Source: Eledone cirrhosa
Taxonomy: Eukaryota
Direction of reading: 5' to 3'
DNA: 64,000 nt
Assembly (NCBI GenBank): GCA_964016885.1
Contig: OZ024749.1
Coordinates: 37,944,001-38,008,000 of the forward strand
The notes under the pieces were generated by a model. That model searched no databases. It had not been told where the DNA came from and saw nothing but the letters and a program-made list of their open reading frames with translations. A program made the translations under genes and the position numbers. This document shows positions 28,876 to 43,050 of the stretch, in pieces; position 1 is the first letter of the stretch; every line of letters begins with the position of its first letter.

Positions 28876-29200
28876 TAGAAGTGAGGATGATTTGGTGGCG
28901 TTCAAGCCAATCTGAATGGTATGGCTATTGTTAATGAGTATAAATATGAATCAGTCTCGATTGGAAACCTGCTAGATACAAGATTGAGTGGTTGGTGAAG
29001 CTAAAATGGAATCATACCGACCCCAGTATTTAACTGGTACTATATTTTGTCAGACTGCGAATGACTTAAAGTAAAGTCGTCCTTGGGGAGGTTTGAATTC
29101 TGGACATAAAGGATAGAAACGTTATATTTAACCACTGTGCCAAGTCTGAGAGGGATGGTGAATGATGTACGATAAAATATGTATGTGTTTGTGTCAATGT

Positions 29201-29231
<31 letters not shown>

Positions 29232-29268
29232 AGTGTATGTTGGTTTATATTTTATGTGCGTGAGTAAA

Positions 29269-29333
<65 letters not shown>

Positions 29334-29404
29334 ATATATACATATATATAAATAAATGTATATATATATGTATATATGTATATATATATATATATAAGAT
29401 ATAT

Positions 29405-29444
<40 letters not shown>

Positions 29445-29582
29445 GTATATATATATGTATATATGTATATATATATATATATAAGATATATACACATATA
29501 TATATATATATAAATGTATATATATATGTATATATGTATATATATATAGAGAGATATATATATATATATGTATACTGGTTCC

Positions 29583-29656
<74 letters not shown>

Positions 29657-29934
29657 TGTAATGTCTGTGTGAGTATACATATATACATATACTTGCGTGT
29701 AATATGTGTGTGTAGTACATGGATGAGTGTGTCTGTGTGTGTGATATGTGAGCGAGTAATGTATGTGTGTGTGTATGAGTAATGTGTGTGTAGTGTGTGT
29801 GTGTGTGTGTGTGTGTGTGGCAAATTATGAAGTCACCATCTAGCTATGTTGTCAAACAGCATGACGTACTAAATGGAAGACTTTTAGCCCCCAAAACACT
29901 GTTTCTTTCCCCCTCCCCCACAACCTCATCATCT

Positions 29935-32090
29935 ACCACCACCACCACCACCACCACCAATACTACCACAACTACCACCAGTACAACCACCACCACCACT
30001 ATCAGCACCACCACCACCACCACCAATGCCACCAATACTACCATCATCTACGACCACTATCAGCACCACCACCGCCACCACCACCACCACCACCGCCACC
30101 ACCACCACCACCACCACCACCACCACCACCACCACCACCAATACTACCACAACTACCACCAGTACAACCACCACCACTATCAGCACCACCACCGCCACCA
30201 CCACCACCACCACCACCACCACCACCACCACCACCACCACCGCCACCACCACCACCACCAATACTACCACAACTACCACCAGTACAACCACCACCACTAT
30301 CAGCACCACCACCGCCACCACCACCACCACCACCACCACCACCACCACCACCACCAATACTACCACAACTACCACCAGTACAACCACCACCACTATCAGC
30401 ACCACCACTGCTACCACCACCACCACCACCACCGCCACCACCACCACCACCAATACTACCACAACTACCACCAGTACAACCACCACCACTATCAGCACCA
30501 CCACCGCCACCACCACCACCACCACCACCACCACCGCCACCACCACCACCACCACCACCACCACCACCACCAATGCCACCAATACTACCATCATCTACCA
30601 CCACCACCACCACCACCACCACCACCACCACCACCAATACTACCACAACTACCACCAGTACAACCACCACCACTATCAGCACCACCACCGCCACCACCAC
30701 CACCACCACCACCACCACCACCACCACCACCAATACTACCACAACTACCACCAGTACAACCACCACCACTATCAGCACCACCACCGCCACCACCACCACC
30801 ACCACCACCACCACCACCACCACCACCACCAATACTACCACAACTACCACCAGTACAACCACCACCACTATCAGCACCACCACCGCCACCACCACCACCA
30901 CCACCACCACCACCACCACCACCACCACCACCACTAATACGACCACAACTACCACCAGTACAACCACCACCACTATCAGCACCACCACCGCCACCACCAC
31001 CACCACCACCACCACCACCACCACCACCACCACCACCACCACCACCACCACCACCACCACCACCAATACTACCACAACTACCACCAGTACAACCACCACC
31101 ACTATCAGCACCACCACCGCCACCACCACCACCACAAATTCCACCAATACTACCATCATCTACCACCACTGCTACCACCACCACCACCACTAATACGACC
31201 ACAACTACCACCAGTACAACCACCACCACTATCAGCACCACCACCACCGCCACCACCACCACCAATTCCACCAATACTACCATCATCTACCACCACTGCT
31301 ACCACCACCACCACCACTAATACGACCACAACTACCACCACCAATACGACCACAACTACCACCAGTACAACCACCACCACTATCAGCACCACCACCGCCA
31401 CCACCACCACCACCACCACCGCTAATACGACCACAACTACCACCACCAATACGACCACAACTACCACCAGTACAACCACCACCACTATCAGCACCACCAC
31501 CGCCACCACCACCACCACCACCACCACTAATACGACCACAACTACCACCAGTACAACCACCACCACTATCAGCACCACCACCGCCACCACCACCACCACC
31601 ACCACCACCACCACCACCACCACCACCACCACCACCACCACCACCACCACCAATACTACCACAACTACCACCAGTACAACCACCACCACTATCAGCACCC
31701 CCACCGCCACCACCACCACCAATGACACCAATACTACCATCATCTACCACCACTATTGCTACCACCACCACCACCACCAATACTACCACAACTACCACCG
31801 GTACAACCACCACCACTATCAGGACCACCACCGCCACCACGACCACCACCACCACCGCCGCCACCACCACCAACAGTACTACCATCATCAACTACCCCAC
31901 CTCCACTACCCCCAGCACCACCACTACCCCCACCAACAGTACTACCATCATCAACTACCCCACCTCCACTACCCCCAGCACCACCACTACCCCCACCAAC
32001 AGTACTACCATCATCAACTACAACACCACCACTACCATTACCACCACCACCACTACCACCAGCACTACTACCATTAACACTACCATTACC
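29935..32090. repeat. (ACC)n-based compound minisatellite
   Basis: Unit aatactaccacaactaccaccagtacaaccaccaccactatcagcaccaccaccgcc(acc)n, more than 15 copies. Confidence 0.95.
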
Positions 32091-32199
32091 TGCCCCCACC
32101 ACTCCTATACACTTACAGCAGGGGTTCAATCTGATGGTAATATTTATAAATGACTCCTCCTAACATCACAAACGACAGAAAACCAATAAACAGACTCTA

Positions 32200-32760
32200 A
32201 AACATAACAACAACAACAGCAACATCACAACACCACCATAGAAGCAGCAGCAGTAGCAACAACAACAGCAACAACAACATTACAACAACAGCAGCAGAAA
32301 CAGCAATAACAGCAACATCAACATCATCACAACACCACAACAGCAGCATAAACAACAACAACAGCAACATGACAACACCAACAAGACAACAACACCACGA
32401 CAGCAACATCACAACAGCAACATGACAGCAACACCACAACAGCAGCAGAAACAACAACAACAACAACAGCAACATGACAGCAACACCACAACAGCAGCAG
32501 AAACAACAACAACAACAACAGCAGCAACATCATAACAACACAACAGCACCAGAAACGACAACAACAGCAACATCACAACAGCAGCAGAAACAACAACAGC
32601 AATAAAAATGACATCAACAACAACAAAACCAACATCACAACACCACAGAAGCAGCAAAAACAACAATAACGGCAACAACAACGACACCAACAACAACAAC
32701 AACGCCACAACAGCAGCAGCAGAAGCAGAAACAACAACAACAGCAACACCAGCGGAAACT

Positions 32761-32805
<45 letters not shown>

Positions 32806-33720
32806 GCACCAACAACAAACAGCAGCAGCAGCACCATAGCAGAAACAACAACAACGGCAACAACAATATCATAACAACAGCAACAACAACGGAACAATAA
32901 CAACACTACAACAACAGTTACAATAACAATAACATAACAACAACAACGACAACAACAACGACATAACAACACTGCAACAATGACAACAATAGCAATAACA
33001 TAACAACAACAGCAACACCATAACAATGCTACAACAACAGCAATAACATAACAACAACAGCAACACCATAACAACACTGCAACAATGACAACATAGCAAT
33101 CACATAACAACAACAGCAACACCATAACAATGCTACAACAACAGCAATAACATAACAACAACAGCAACACCATAACAACACTGCAACAATGACAACAACA
33201 GCAATCACATAACAACAACAGCAACATCATAACAATGCTACAACAACAGCAATAACATAACAACAACAGCGACACCATAACAACACTGCAACAATGACAA
33301 CAACAGCAATCACATAACAACAACAGCAACACCATAACAACACTGCAACAACAGGAATAACATAACAACAACAGCAACACCGTAACAACACTGCAACAAC
33401 AGCAATAACATAACAACAACAGCAACACCATAACAACACTGCAACAACAGCAATAACATAACAACAACAGCAACACCATAACAACACTGCAACAACAGCA
33501 ATAACATAACAACAATAGCAACACCATAACAACTCCATAACAACACCGCAACAACAGCAATAACATAACAACAACAGCAACACCATAACAAGACTGCAAC
33601 AACAGCAATAACATAACAACAGCAGCAACACCATAACAACACTGCAACAACAGCAATAACATAACAACAGAACAACAATGGTAACAAGAACAGAATGACA
33701 TTACAACAACAACAACATGA
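32200..33720. repeat. (AAC/AGC)n-based compound minisatellite
   Basis: Unit aacataacaacaacagcaacaccataacaacactgcaacaacagcaat. Confidence 0.9.
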
Positions 33721-33877
33721 TATGTACAGCAATAACAACCCATACAAACTTCATATTCACCTCCATCACTGAAAAGTAAGTTTTCACTATCAACGTCTAT
33801 ACCACCAACCAATGTCACCGATCATAGCTACCACTAACACTACCATCATTTCATTCATCTCATATTAAACCATCATT

Positions 33878-33995
33878 GAGTTCAAATCCCGCCGAGGTTA
33901 ACTTTACCTTTCATCCTTACGGGGTCGATAAAATAAAGTACCAGTCACGCACTGGGTTCGATTTAATCGACTTTCCCCCTCCTACAAAATTGCTG
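33878..33995 (+). mobile_element. Meta SINE fragment
   Basis: gagttcaaatcccgccgaggttaacttt..ggggtcgataaaataaagtaccag. Confidence 0.8.
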
Positions 33996-34797
33996 TTGAT
34001 TTCTACCGAATGAAACAGTTCTAGTCCTGTAGAAGTATTTCTATATTAAATATTTATACTCTTGAGTACCTTACTTACTGTGGTTAACCCCGATTGAACC
34101 CGGGATAAACTTATATATGTATATATATATATATAAGTCCGTTAAAGGTTCTTGGCACTAACATTGTTACCATCGCTTTCCTCTAGCCATGGGGCTTGGA
34201 GACATGAACCGAATGCTACCATTCTATTTTATATCAATGTGAACTGTTATTTCTAATAGCCATCTTTTCACCCCTTGATAATTTGTGTGTGAGACACGTT
34301 GGCTGAGTGCTTCTGACAGGAACTAAAAGATTGATTCTTTTTAGCTTCCCGTCCCCACGTAAAATTTGTAAATGAGTGGCTAGTTGAGAGATAGAGTCCT
34401 ATCTGGTGCCAGTTGCTAACCGCTTTACCGTGTCGGTTGTCACAAACAGTCATGACCGGCATGGGCTGGTGTTTGGATTCTGTCGATCGATTGGTTATTG
34501 ATTAGGCGAAACCCGCATAAGCCGATTGTGCATTGTTGCATAATATATGCAGACAGATGGTGCAGTGCACCTTACTGCTGCATTAGTGCGGCAGAAACTC
34601 GAGTCCTGGGACCTTATAGGCACCCGTTTTACGTGTGTTGTGTTGAGGCAAATAACTATGTGTATACTCTGGTAATGTATCTTACATTGCCCATTGTGTG
34701 CGCTGAGATATAACCGGTACTGACATTGATAAATATGCTGGGTCCGTCAACCCTTATTATTATATATATATATTTATATATACATATATATATATAT

Positions 34798-35475
34798 ATG
34801 AGCGGATAAAGTAAACATTAAACAATATTTTAAATAAATTAAAATACGATTTAAATATTTACCTCTTCTAGTGCCATGACCGACGGTTTCACTTATGAAA
34901 AGATTGGAAATTCAGAGAATTTCCAATGGAAAGATATAGCTCTTCAGATAGCTTTTCCAAACATACTAGACATAAATCCACGTAGATGTAGATGTATCGC
35001 CTTCTGCCCGGTGAATGAATCAAGCCGTTAAAATGACCCACACACAAATGGGCCGTTAGAAAAAGCGGGAATTATAGACTCGTTGAATTTCATGCTGCTA
35101 GAAATAGCAGCATGATACAACATTTTTTTCTCTACATTAAGGAGAATTCAGATAAATGATATAGATATCCCAGTAGGTACTAAGTACCCACGGAAATATA
35201 TATGGTGTCTATAATAGTGGTTGTTCTATGGTACTAATTTGAGATACCAGAACTGTAAATATGAGCGGAACAAGTAAACATTAAACAATCTTTTAAATAA
35301 ATTAAAATACGATTTAAATATTTACCTCTTCTAGTGCCATGACCGACGGTTTCGCTTATCAAAAGATTGGAAATTCAGAGAATTTCCAATGGAAAGATAT
35401 AGCTCTTCAGACATAAATCGACGTAGACATAAATCTACTAGACATAAATCTACAAGACATAAATCCACGTAGATG

Positions 35476-35478
<3 letters not shown>
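34798..35478 (-). mobile_element. Non-coding element with ~190-bp direct terminal repeats, each with a hammerhead (mini-Penelope/retrozyme-like)
   Basis: Repeats start at 34798 and 35261 (463-bp spacing). (TA)n lies on both sides and there is no ORF. Confidence 0.75.
34873..34952 (-). ncRNA. Type I hammerhead ribozyme with extended stem II
   Basis: Minus strand: GCUAU-CUGAAGA-GCU..AUUGGAAAUUC ucu GAAUUUCCAAU..AGU-GAAA-CCGUCGG-UC/-AUGGC. Confidence 0.75.
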
Positions 35479-35527
<49 letters not shown>

Positions 35528-35594
35528 GAGTATATATATATATATTCCAATTCCAACCCGTCCTCTCAATCTATCTTATTCTTCATTCTTTCTT

Positions 35595-35623
35595 ATGATG
35601 AAGGACTAGCGTCTGAAACGTTA
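35595..35623 (+). ncRNA. Degenerate minimal hammerhead
   Basis: aTGATGA-aGGAC tagc GTCT-GAAACGTTA has the layout of Penelope minimal hammerheads, with C3 mutated. Confidence 0.35.
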
Positions 35624-36044
35624 ATACCCTCTCTTCCTGCTATATCAAGCGATAACCTAATATATCCCTTCCACCTTTAAATAGCCCCGGAACTCTGCTA
35701 TTTTAGATCGGTAAAGAGACTAGTAGCACAGTGTCAAGGTAATATTGTGACAGAACTACGTGGTGGAACATGGCACGGTAGCAAAGGAGCTTGCGAGTGA
35801 ACAAAATGAAACCTCATGTCTTGCAGTCAGAATGTCACCTTTCTGTTTGATCATGCATCGAATCGAGTATTACCTTGATTTGTGGACTTCCCAATTTTCT
35901 CATTACAGGCACTCCTTATAAACAGGTGAAAACCAGAGTAACAAGACTCACTATTTAGCCTTAATAAAATGAATATTTAAACTCTACATCGGAATTCAGT
36001 ACTCTTTTCTCTCAGTTATCGTGGTGATCGATGTAACTACTGTG

Positions 36045-36230
36045 TATTGACAGTATCGGAGGATGGTCGGCGCCATGCTTTGAAGCATAGAGTTACGGTC
36101 CTTTACTGTCTGAGTTCAAATCCCGCCGAGGTTATCTTTTCCTTTCATCCTTACGGGGTCGATAAAATAAAGTACCAGTAATGTACTGTGGTAATTGCTG
36201 GCCTTGTGCCAAAAAGTAGAAACAATTATT
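36045..36230 (+). mobile_element. Meta SINE
   Basis: Head, B box, core and tail as in 13258-13448. Confidence 0.8.
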
Positions 36231-36499
36231 AATAATTTTTATATATTGGTATTTCAATATTTTTATTAACAATCCATCTACTATGTCTATATGCTGTCAT
36301 CGGTTCATATCGCGATTTTCTATTTGTTCTGATTTATTTACAGTGAATATACTTTATAATTTTTTAGTTTTAGGTTATTAAATCAAATTTGCCTTTACTG
36401 ATGTAAGCGATAAGGGAAGTAACTCCTTCAACATTTTACAAAATATTTGAAGGGAAGTAACTCATAAATAGTAAATTCAAACAAATTCTTCTTTTTTTC

Positions 36500-36637
36500 T
36501 TTTTCTTCTTTGTTGTTGTTTTTGAATTTTTTATTGTTTATTTTACACACAGAAATGCCCATTTGTACCGTCCTGCATAGTCCTGTGTTGTCCTTAATGT
36601 TATACTTTGTGTCAACCCTTGTGGTTAATAAAGAAAG

Positions 36638-36710
<73 letters not shown>

Positions 36711-36812
36711 TTTATATTTTTACCTTATTGTAAACCCCCACTGTCCCTGTCTTTGTATTGTCCCCTACATGTCGGCTCGTGTGGCTAATAAATGAAATTA
36801 TTATTATTATTA
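36500..36812 (+). mobile_element. Two Tx1/L1-type 3' ends with (ATT)n tails
   Basis: ..ccttgtggttaataaagaaagc(att)n and ..cgtgtggctaataaatgaa(att)n resemble 24020-24105. Confidence 0.55.
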
Positions 36813-36813
36813 T

Positions 36814-37291
36814 TTGAGTCTCAGTCATTGATGTTAGTTAACTGGAAAGTTTGTTGAAATGAATATCAAGCCACTACCTGCAGCCTCAGATATTCAGGAC
36901 GTATCGGAGGGTTCTTGCTGTGCCCAGCAAACATGCCTTTTGAAGCGTTCCAAAAAGCGTGAAGGGGCCAATTTTCTTTAACCATCCCTGGAAACTTTTT
37001 GAGATAGTCCCTAGTGCGCCTTATTATTATTATTATTATTATTCCTTGAGTCTCAGTCATTGATGTTGGTTAACTGGAAAGTCAGTTGGAATGAATATCA
37101 AGCCACTACCTGCAGCCTCAGATATTCAGGACGTATCTGAGGGTTCTTGCTGTTCCCAGCAAGCAAGCCTTTTGAAGCGTTCCAAAAAGCGTGAAGGGGC
37201 CGATTTTCTTTAACCATCCCTGGAAACTTTTGGAGATAGTCCCCAGTGCGCCTATGACAATCGGGATCACTTTGACTTCATGGCAGTTCCA
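36814..37291 (-). mobile_element. Two short 5'-truncated Dong/R4-like LINE 3' ends (36814-37020, 37042-37291)
   Basis: Same 3' end as the copies at 38192-40254, separated by (TAA)n. Confidence 0.85.
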
Positions 37292-37320
37292 ATTATTATT
37301 ATTATTATTATTATTATTAT

Positions 37321-38157
37321 TTGCATTTATCTTGCTTTATGTTCATACGAGTTATCACCAAGTCACAACCAGTGACCTCAAGAGACAACAAGGTCCGCCA
37401 TGTTCAAGAAAGAACATACATATTCACACATGCATCCTTAGTGTTTAGACTTGTGATGTACTTATATTGACAGGATCTTCCTTAGTATATGGGCAGTTCC
37501 CATTAGTACTATCTTTTGTATTTCTCCTATACGCGGGTTTTCTGGCATTTGCGATAAGTAGTCGTTAGATCCCTTAGGTATCATTCCCAGAGCGCCTACA
37601 ACCACTGGTATTGTTTTAGTTCTCAATTTCCACATTTTTCCAATTTCTATCTCCAGGTCCTTATACTTGCTCAATTTTTCAAATGTTTTTATAGATACAT
37701 TCTTGTCTATTGGAACAGACATGTCAATTAGCAGGCATACCCTCCTTTGAAAGTCCTTCAATATTATATCAGGTCTATTTGCATCTATTTTTCGGTCTGT
37801 TTGGATGCTAAAGTTCCACAAGATTGAGATGTGATCTTTTTCAAGTATGGGAGGTGGTTGATGCTCCCACCAATTCTTTTGATGGGGCAGGTCAAAATGC
37901 TTACACATCATCCAATGTATGTATTGTGCAGCTCTGTCATGCCTGTTTAGGTATTCGGTTGGAGCTATAGGACTGCACATTGAAATTATATGGTCAATGG
38001 TCTCTGGTTGTTTTTTGCATACACGGCATAATGGGCTGCACCCATTTTTTATTATGTTGGCTTGGTAATTTTTTGTTGGCAGACACTGATCTTGTGCCGA
38101 TATAATCAGTCCTTCAGTCTCCGATTTCAGTCCAGAGGATGCCAACCACTGATGGGT
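37321..38157 (-). mobile_element. Dong/R4-like LINE 3' portion, second family (CCHC finger and RLE; open frame 37462-38157)
   Basis: CRVCKKQPETIDHIISMC, RHD, RPDIIL..LIDMSVP..EKLSKYKDL, IPVVVGALG. Flanked by (TAA)n. Confidence 0.9.
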
Positions 38158-38191
38158 TATTATTATTATTATTATTATTATTGTTATTGTT

Positions 38192-38629
38192 ATTCCTTGA
38201 ATCTCAGTCATTGATGTTGGTTAACTGGAAAGTCCGTTGGATTGAATATCAAGCCACTACCTGCAGCCTCAGATATTCAGGACGTATCGGAGGGTTCTTG
38301 CCGTTCCAAGCAAGCATGCCTTTTGAAGCGTTCCAAAAAGCGTGAAGGGACCGATTTTCTTTAACCATCCCTGGAAACCTTTGGAGATAGTCCCCAGTGC
38401 GCCTATGACAATCGGGATCACTTTGACTTCATGGCAGTTCCAAATCCTTTTCACCTCCCACTTTAGGTCCTGGTATCGGTTAATTTTCTCCCTCTCCTTC
38501 TCTTGCACTCTCGTGTCGAACGGGCAGGCCACATCCACAATCAGGCACGATCTTTTTTCTTTGTCCACAACCACCAGGTCAGGTCTATTGTGTTCCAGTT
38601 TTTTGTCCGTCTGTATCCTAAAATCCCAC

Positions 38630-38678
<49 letters not shown>

Positions 38679-39124
38679 GTTGTTGTTATTCCTTGAATCT
38701 CAGTCATTGATGTTGGTTAACTGGAAAGTCCGTTGGATTGAATATCAAGCCACTACCTGCAGCCTCAGATATTCAGGACGTATCGGAGGGTTCTTGCTGT
38801 TCCAAGCAAGCATGCCTTTTGAAGCGTTCCAAAAAGCGTGAAGGGGCCGATTTTCTTTAACCATCCCTGGAAACTTTTGGAGATAGTCCCCAGTGCGCCT
38901 ATGACAATCGGGATCACTTTGACTTCATGGCAGTTCCAAATCCTTTTCACCTCCCACTTTAGGTCCTGGTATCGGTTAATTTTCTCCCTCTCCTTCTCTT
39001 GCACTCTCGTGTCGAACGGGCAGGCCACATCCACAATCAGGCACGATCTTTTTTTTTGTCCACAACCACCAGGTCAGGTCTATTGTGTTCCAGTTTTTTG
39101 TCCGTCTGTATCCTAAAATCCCAC

Positions 39125-39170
<46 letters not shown>

Positions 39171-39617
39171 GTTGTTGTTATTCCTTGAATCTCAGTCATT
39201 GATGTTGGTTAACTGGAAAGTCCGTTGGATTGAATATCAAGCCACTACCTGCAGCCTCAGATATTCAGGACGTATCGGAGGGTTCTTGCCGTTCCAAGCA
39301 AGCATGCCTTTTGAAGCGTTCCAAAAAGCGTGAAGGGGCCGATTTTCTTTAACCATCCCTGGAAACCTTTGGAGATAGTCCCCAGTGCGCCTATGACAAT
39401 CGGGATCACTTTGACTTCATGGCAGTTCCAAATCCTTTTCACCTCCCACTTTAGGTCCTGGTATCGGTTAATTTTCTCCCTCTCCTTCTCTTGCACTCTC
39501 GTGTCGAACGGGCAGGCCACATCCACAATCAGGCACGATCTTTTTTCTTTGTCCACAACCACCAGGTCAGGTCTATTGTGTTCCAGTTTTTTGTCCGTCT
39601 GTATCCTAAAATCCCAC

Positions 39618-39663
<46 letters not shown>

Positions 39664-40254
39664 GTTGTTGTTATTCCTTGAATCTCAGTCATTGATGTTG
39701 GTTAACTGGAAAGTCCGTTGGATTGAATATCAAGCCACTACCTGCAGCCTCAGATATTCAGGACGTATCGGAGGGTTCTTGCTGTTCCAAGCAAGCATGC
39801 CTTTTGAAGCGTTCCAAAAAGCGTGAAGGGGCCGATTTTCTTTAACCATCCCTGGAAACCTTTGGAGATAGTCCCCAGTGCGCCTATGACAATCGGGATC
39901 ACTTTGACTTCATGGCAGTTCCAAATCCTTTTCACCTCCCACTTTAGGTCCTGGTATCGGTTAATTTTCTCCCTCTCCTTCTCTTGCACTCTCGTGTCGA
40001 ACGGGCAGGCCACATCCACAATCAGGCACGATCTTTTTTTTTGTCCACAACCACCAGGTCAGGTCTATTGTGTTCCAGTTTTTTGTCCGTCTGTATCCTA
40101 AAATCCCACAGCACCTTCACCTGATTGTTCTCCATCACCGCCTCTGGCCTATGCTCATACCATTTCTCAGAATGTGGTAAATTGTTTACTTTGCACAGGT
40201 GCCAGTGGATCACCCTCCCCATCACATCGTGTCTCCGGCCCTTATAGTGGGTCA
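38192..40254 (-). mobile_element. Tandem array of four Dong/R4-like RLE 3' ends (period ~493 bp)
   Basis: Stop codons at 38269, 38765, 39257 and 39750. Protein RHD..WDFRIQTD..NRPDLVVVDK..IVDVACPFD..EKINRYQDL..IPIVIGALG. Units are separated by (TAA)n. Confidence 0.92.
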
Positions 40255-40261
40255 TTATTAC

Positions 40262-40322
<61 letters not shown>

Positions 40323-40323
<1 letters not shown>

Positions 40324-40733
40324 CGGTGAGGGTCGTGGGGCAGATTCTTCAAACACTCCTCCCAGCGAGTTCTGCCAGAAGCAATTGTCTCCAACTGATC
40401 CGGCTGGATTTCCAAACGAAAACCAGACAAGTTGATGGATGTTATCCAACCATCTTGCTCGAGGTCTGCCTCTGGATTGGTTTTGCCCGTAAAATCTTTC
40501 CAGCAATTCTTTACTGTGACATTCTAACCACAAAATAAATGGTTGTTGTTGTTATTGTCGTAGGTGTTGTTGCTGTTTAGTCTCAGATCATCCGTAGCTC
40601 AGCAGATCTATAATCAAAGAAATTCCAACCATTACCATCCCGTTTATTTATATATCTACATTCGCAAATATGACTTTCATTTTCTAAAGAGAAATGGCTA
40701 TGATTTGGAGGCAATTAGACTGCTATTTCTAGA
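40323..40733 (-). mobile_element. RTE LINE 3' end with (TAA)n tail plus adjoining SINE-like repeat
   Basis: Translation RGRPRARWLDNI..IQPDQLETIASGRTRW. Inverted homolog of 12737-13186. Confidence 0.75.
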
Positions 40734-40949
40734 AAGCCTAGTGGCTCTATCGAGTAACCCTCTCCAGGTCTGAACACAGTCGATTTTTGCTATTTCAAAT
40801 CATGATTATAAAGTGTCCGATTTCCTTACGCACTCCTAATTTGAAATCGGACGATTCATATCTAATGATCTGATAACACAACAATTCTCTTCTTTTATTT
40901 CTACAAGGGACGCAACCACATAAATATAAAAGTTAATCCCCTTGAATAT

Positions 40950-41168
40950 ATTGGTTTCTGATTTAGGCACAAGGCCCACAATTTTTAGGGAGTGAGAAAG
41001 TCGATTAAATCGACCCTAGTGTAATACTGGTACGTTATTTTATCGACCCTAAAATGGATGAAAGGCAAAGCTAACCCGGGCAATATTTGAACTCAGATCG
41101 TAAAGGAGCGTAACCCTATCCCATAAAGCATAATGTCGTTGCTCCACTGATACTGCTAATCCACCTCC
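40950..41168 (-). mobile_element. Meta SINE (older subfamily)
   Basis: Reverse-complement head, core and tail, including the tcgattaaatcgacc segment. Confidence 0.75.
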
Positions 41169-41296
41169 CTTATCCCCTTTAATATACTAGAACACATTCT
41201 TGTTTGGCTCACATTTATACACATGTACACATCTCTGTATCTAACAATTTTCCTCATGGCGGGTTTTGTGGGTAGATGTACTCACCATTATTAAGA

Positions 41297-41736
41297 TGGT
41301 GGATTGGCAGTATTGATAGAGGGTCGGACGCCATGCTTTGCAGCAAAGAGTTACGTCCCTTTATGGTCTGAGTTCAAATCCCGCCGAGGTTAACTTTGCC
41401 TTTCATCCTTACGGATGCCTAACGTAGAAACAATTATTAAGATGGATTGGTTAGAACCGGTAGAGGGTCGTCGGACGCCATGTTTTGCCGCATAGAGTTA
41501 CGGCCCTTGCCATTCTGAGTTCAAATCCCGCCGAGTTAACTTTCCCTTTCATCCTTACGGGGGTCGATAAAATAAAGTACCAGTAATACACTAGGATAAT
41601 TGCTGGCCTTGTGCCTAACGTAGAAACAATTATTATTCAATAAAATATAGTACCAGTAATACACTGGGTAATTGCTGGCCTTGTGCCTAACGTAGAAACA
41701 ATTATTACTACAGTGCCAAAAGTAGAAACAGTTATT
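41297..41736 (+). mobile_element. Cluster of Meta SINE copies and tail fragments
   Basis: Copies at ~41297-41438 and 41443-41633, with tail-only pieces to 41736, all ending gtagaaaca(a/g)ttatta. Confidence 0.8.
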
Positions 41737-42154
41737 AACTTAATCGAAATCGTGCGATCTTGTCTTTTAAGACAAATGGCAGCTTCATCTCTTTCCTGAT
41801 ATGAACTCTGGTTGTTCGCTAAACGGAATTATCTACTCATTGAATAATAGTGTACGCGGCTGAATATTCCATAGACACGTTCTTAACGTAATTCTATGTG
41901 AGAATCAGCACGACACAACGTATGACAATGTATAAGGGAAATAATTCTGTAAATGCTATTTGTTTACTAGGGAATTTATAAAGTGAAGTAGCTAGTGAAA
42001 CGAGAGAGAATAGTGATGGAGGCTGGGGAAGGGAAGGGAGGTGATATACTAGATTTACATTTTCTGGAGAAGATGCACCAGCATGACCGTAATCTAATGA
42101 AAAAGAAAATGAGAACAATAAAACGTGGTATGGGGTGTCTACGTATTTGTATGT

Positions 42155-42327
<173 letters not shown>

Positions 42328-42412
42328 CATATACATACATACACACATATATATATATAGAGAGAGAGAGTGCTCAACCGGCATACCGCCTATGGAAGCA
42401 TCTTAGCTACCA

Positions 42413-42512
<100 letters not shown>

Positions 42513-42548
42513 GCTGGAACCCATTTTCAGTTGATGTATATATACATT

Positions 42549-42624
<76 letters not shown>

Positions 42625-42799
42625 TATATATGTGAATGTATTATATACATCAACTGAAGATGGGTGCCAGCAATGGCGTCTTGTCCAGAGGAGAGTCTTC
42701 TACTCTCAGTCGCTTCATGCCACAGAAACTGGGATAAAGACCATCCTGATGTGCCTCTAGATTCGAGACAGACTTTAGACATATTTTTTAGTGAATTAT

Positions 42800-43050
42800 A
42801 ATGGATTCAGTAACAGGCACAGGTTTCGTTGCGAGACAGGCTAAAGATCGCAACAAGCTGTTGATGTATCAACCGCTTTCCGATAGGTGTGTCGTTGAAA
42901 CTATTGTGTTGGAGACTTCTGACATTCATAGTTGCAAACCACCTTAGTAGGTCGGATTTGGCAACCGACAGATGTGTGAGCCAAACGAGTTGGAATGGCT
43001 GTTTCAAAGTTTCACTCTCGTTATCGTCTACGTTAACGCTTTCTTTCGCT
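42800..43050 (+). mobile_element. Second, more decayed CRE-like RLE fragment
   Basis: Translation GFVARQAKDRNKLLMYQPLSDRCVVETIVLETS..EPNELEWLFQS..VNA aligns by eye with 1866-2120. Confidence 0.6.

Noticed and set aside
29797-32163. Mucin-, extensin- or His-rich ORFs
   Set aside because: (ACC)n repeats are open in most frames on both strands, the frames shift repeatedly, and no splice or domain context is visible.
32409-33818. Cys/Leu/Val-rich 469-aa ORF resembling metallothionein or keratin-associated proteins
   Set aside because: Reverse-strand translation of an (AAC)n compound repeat.
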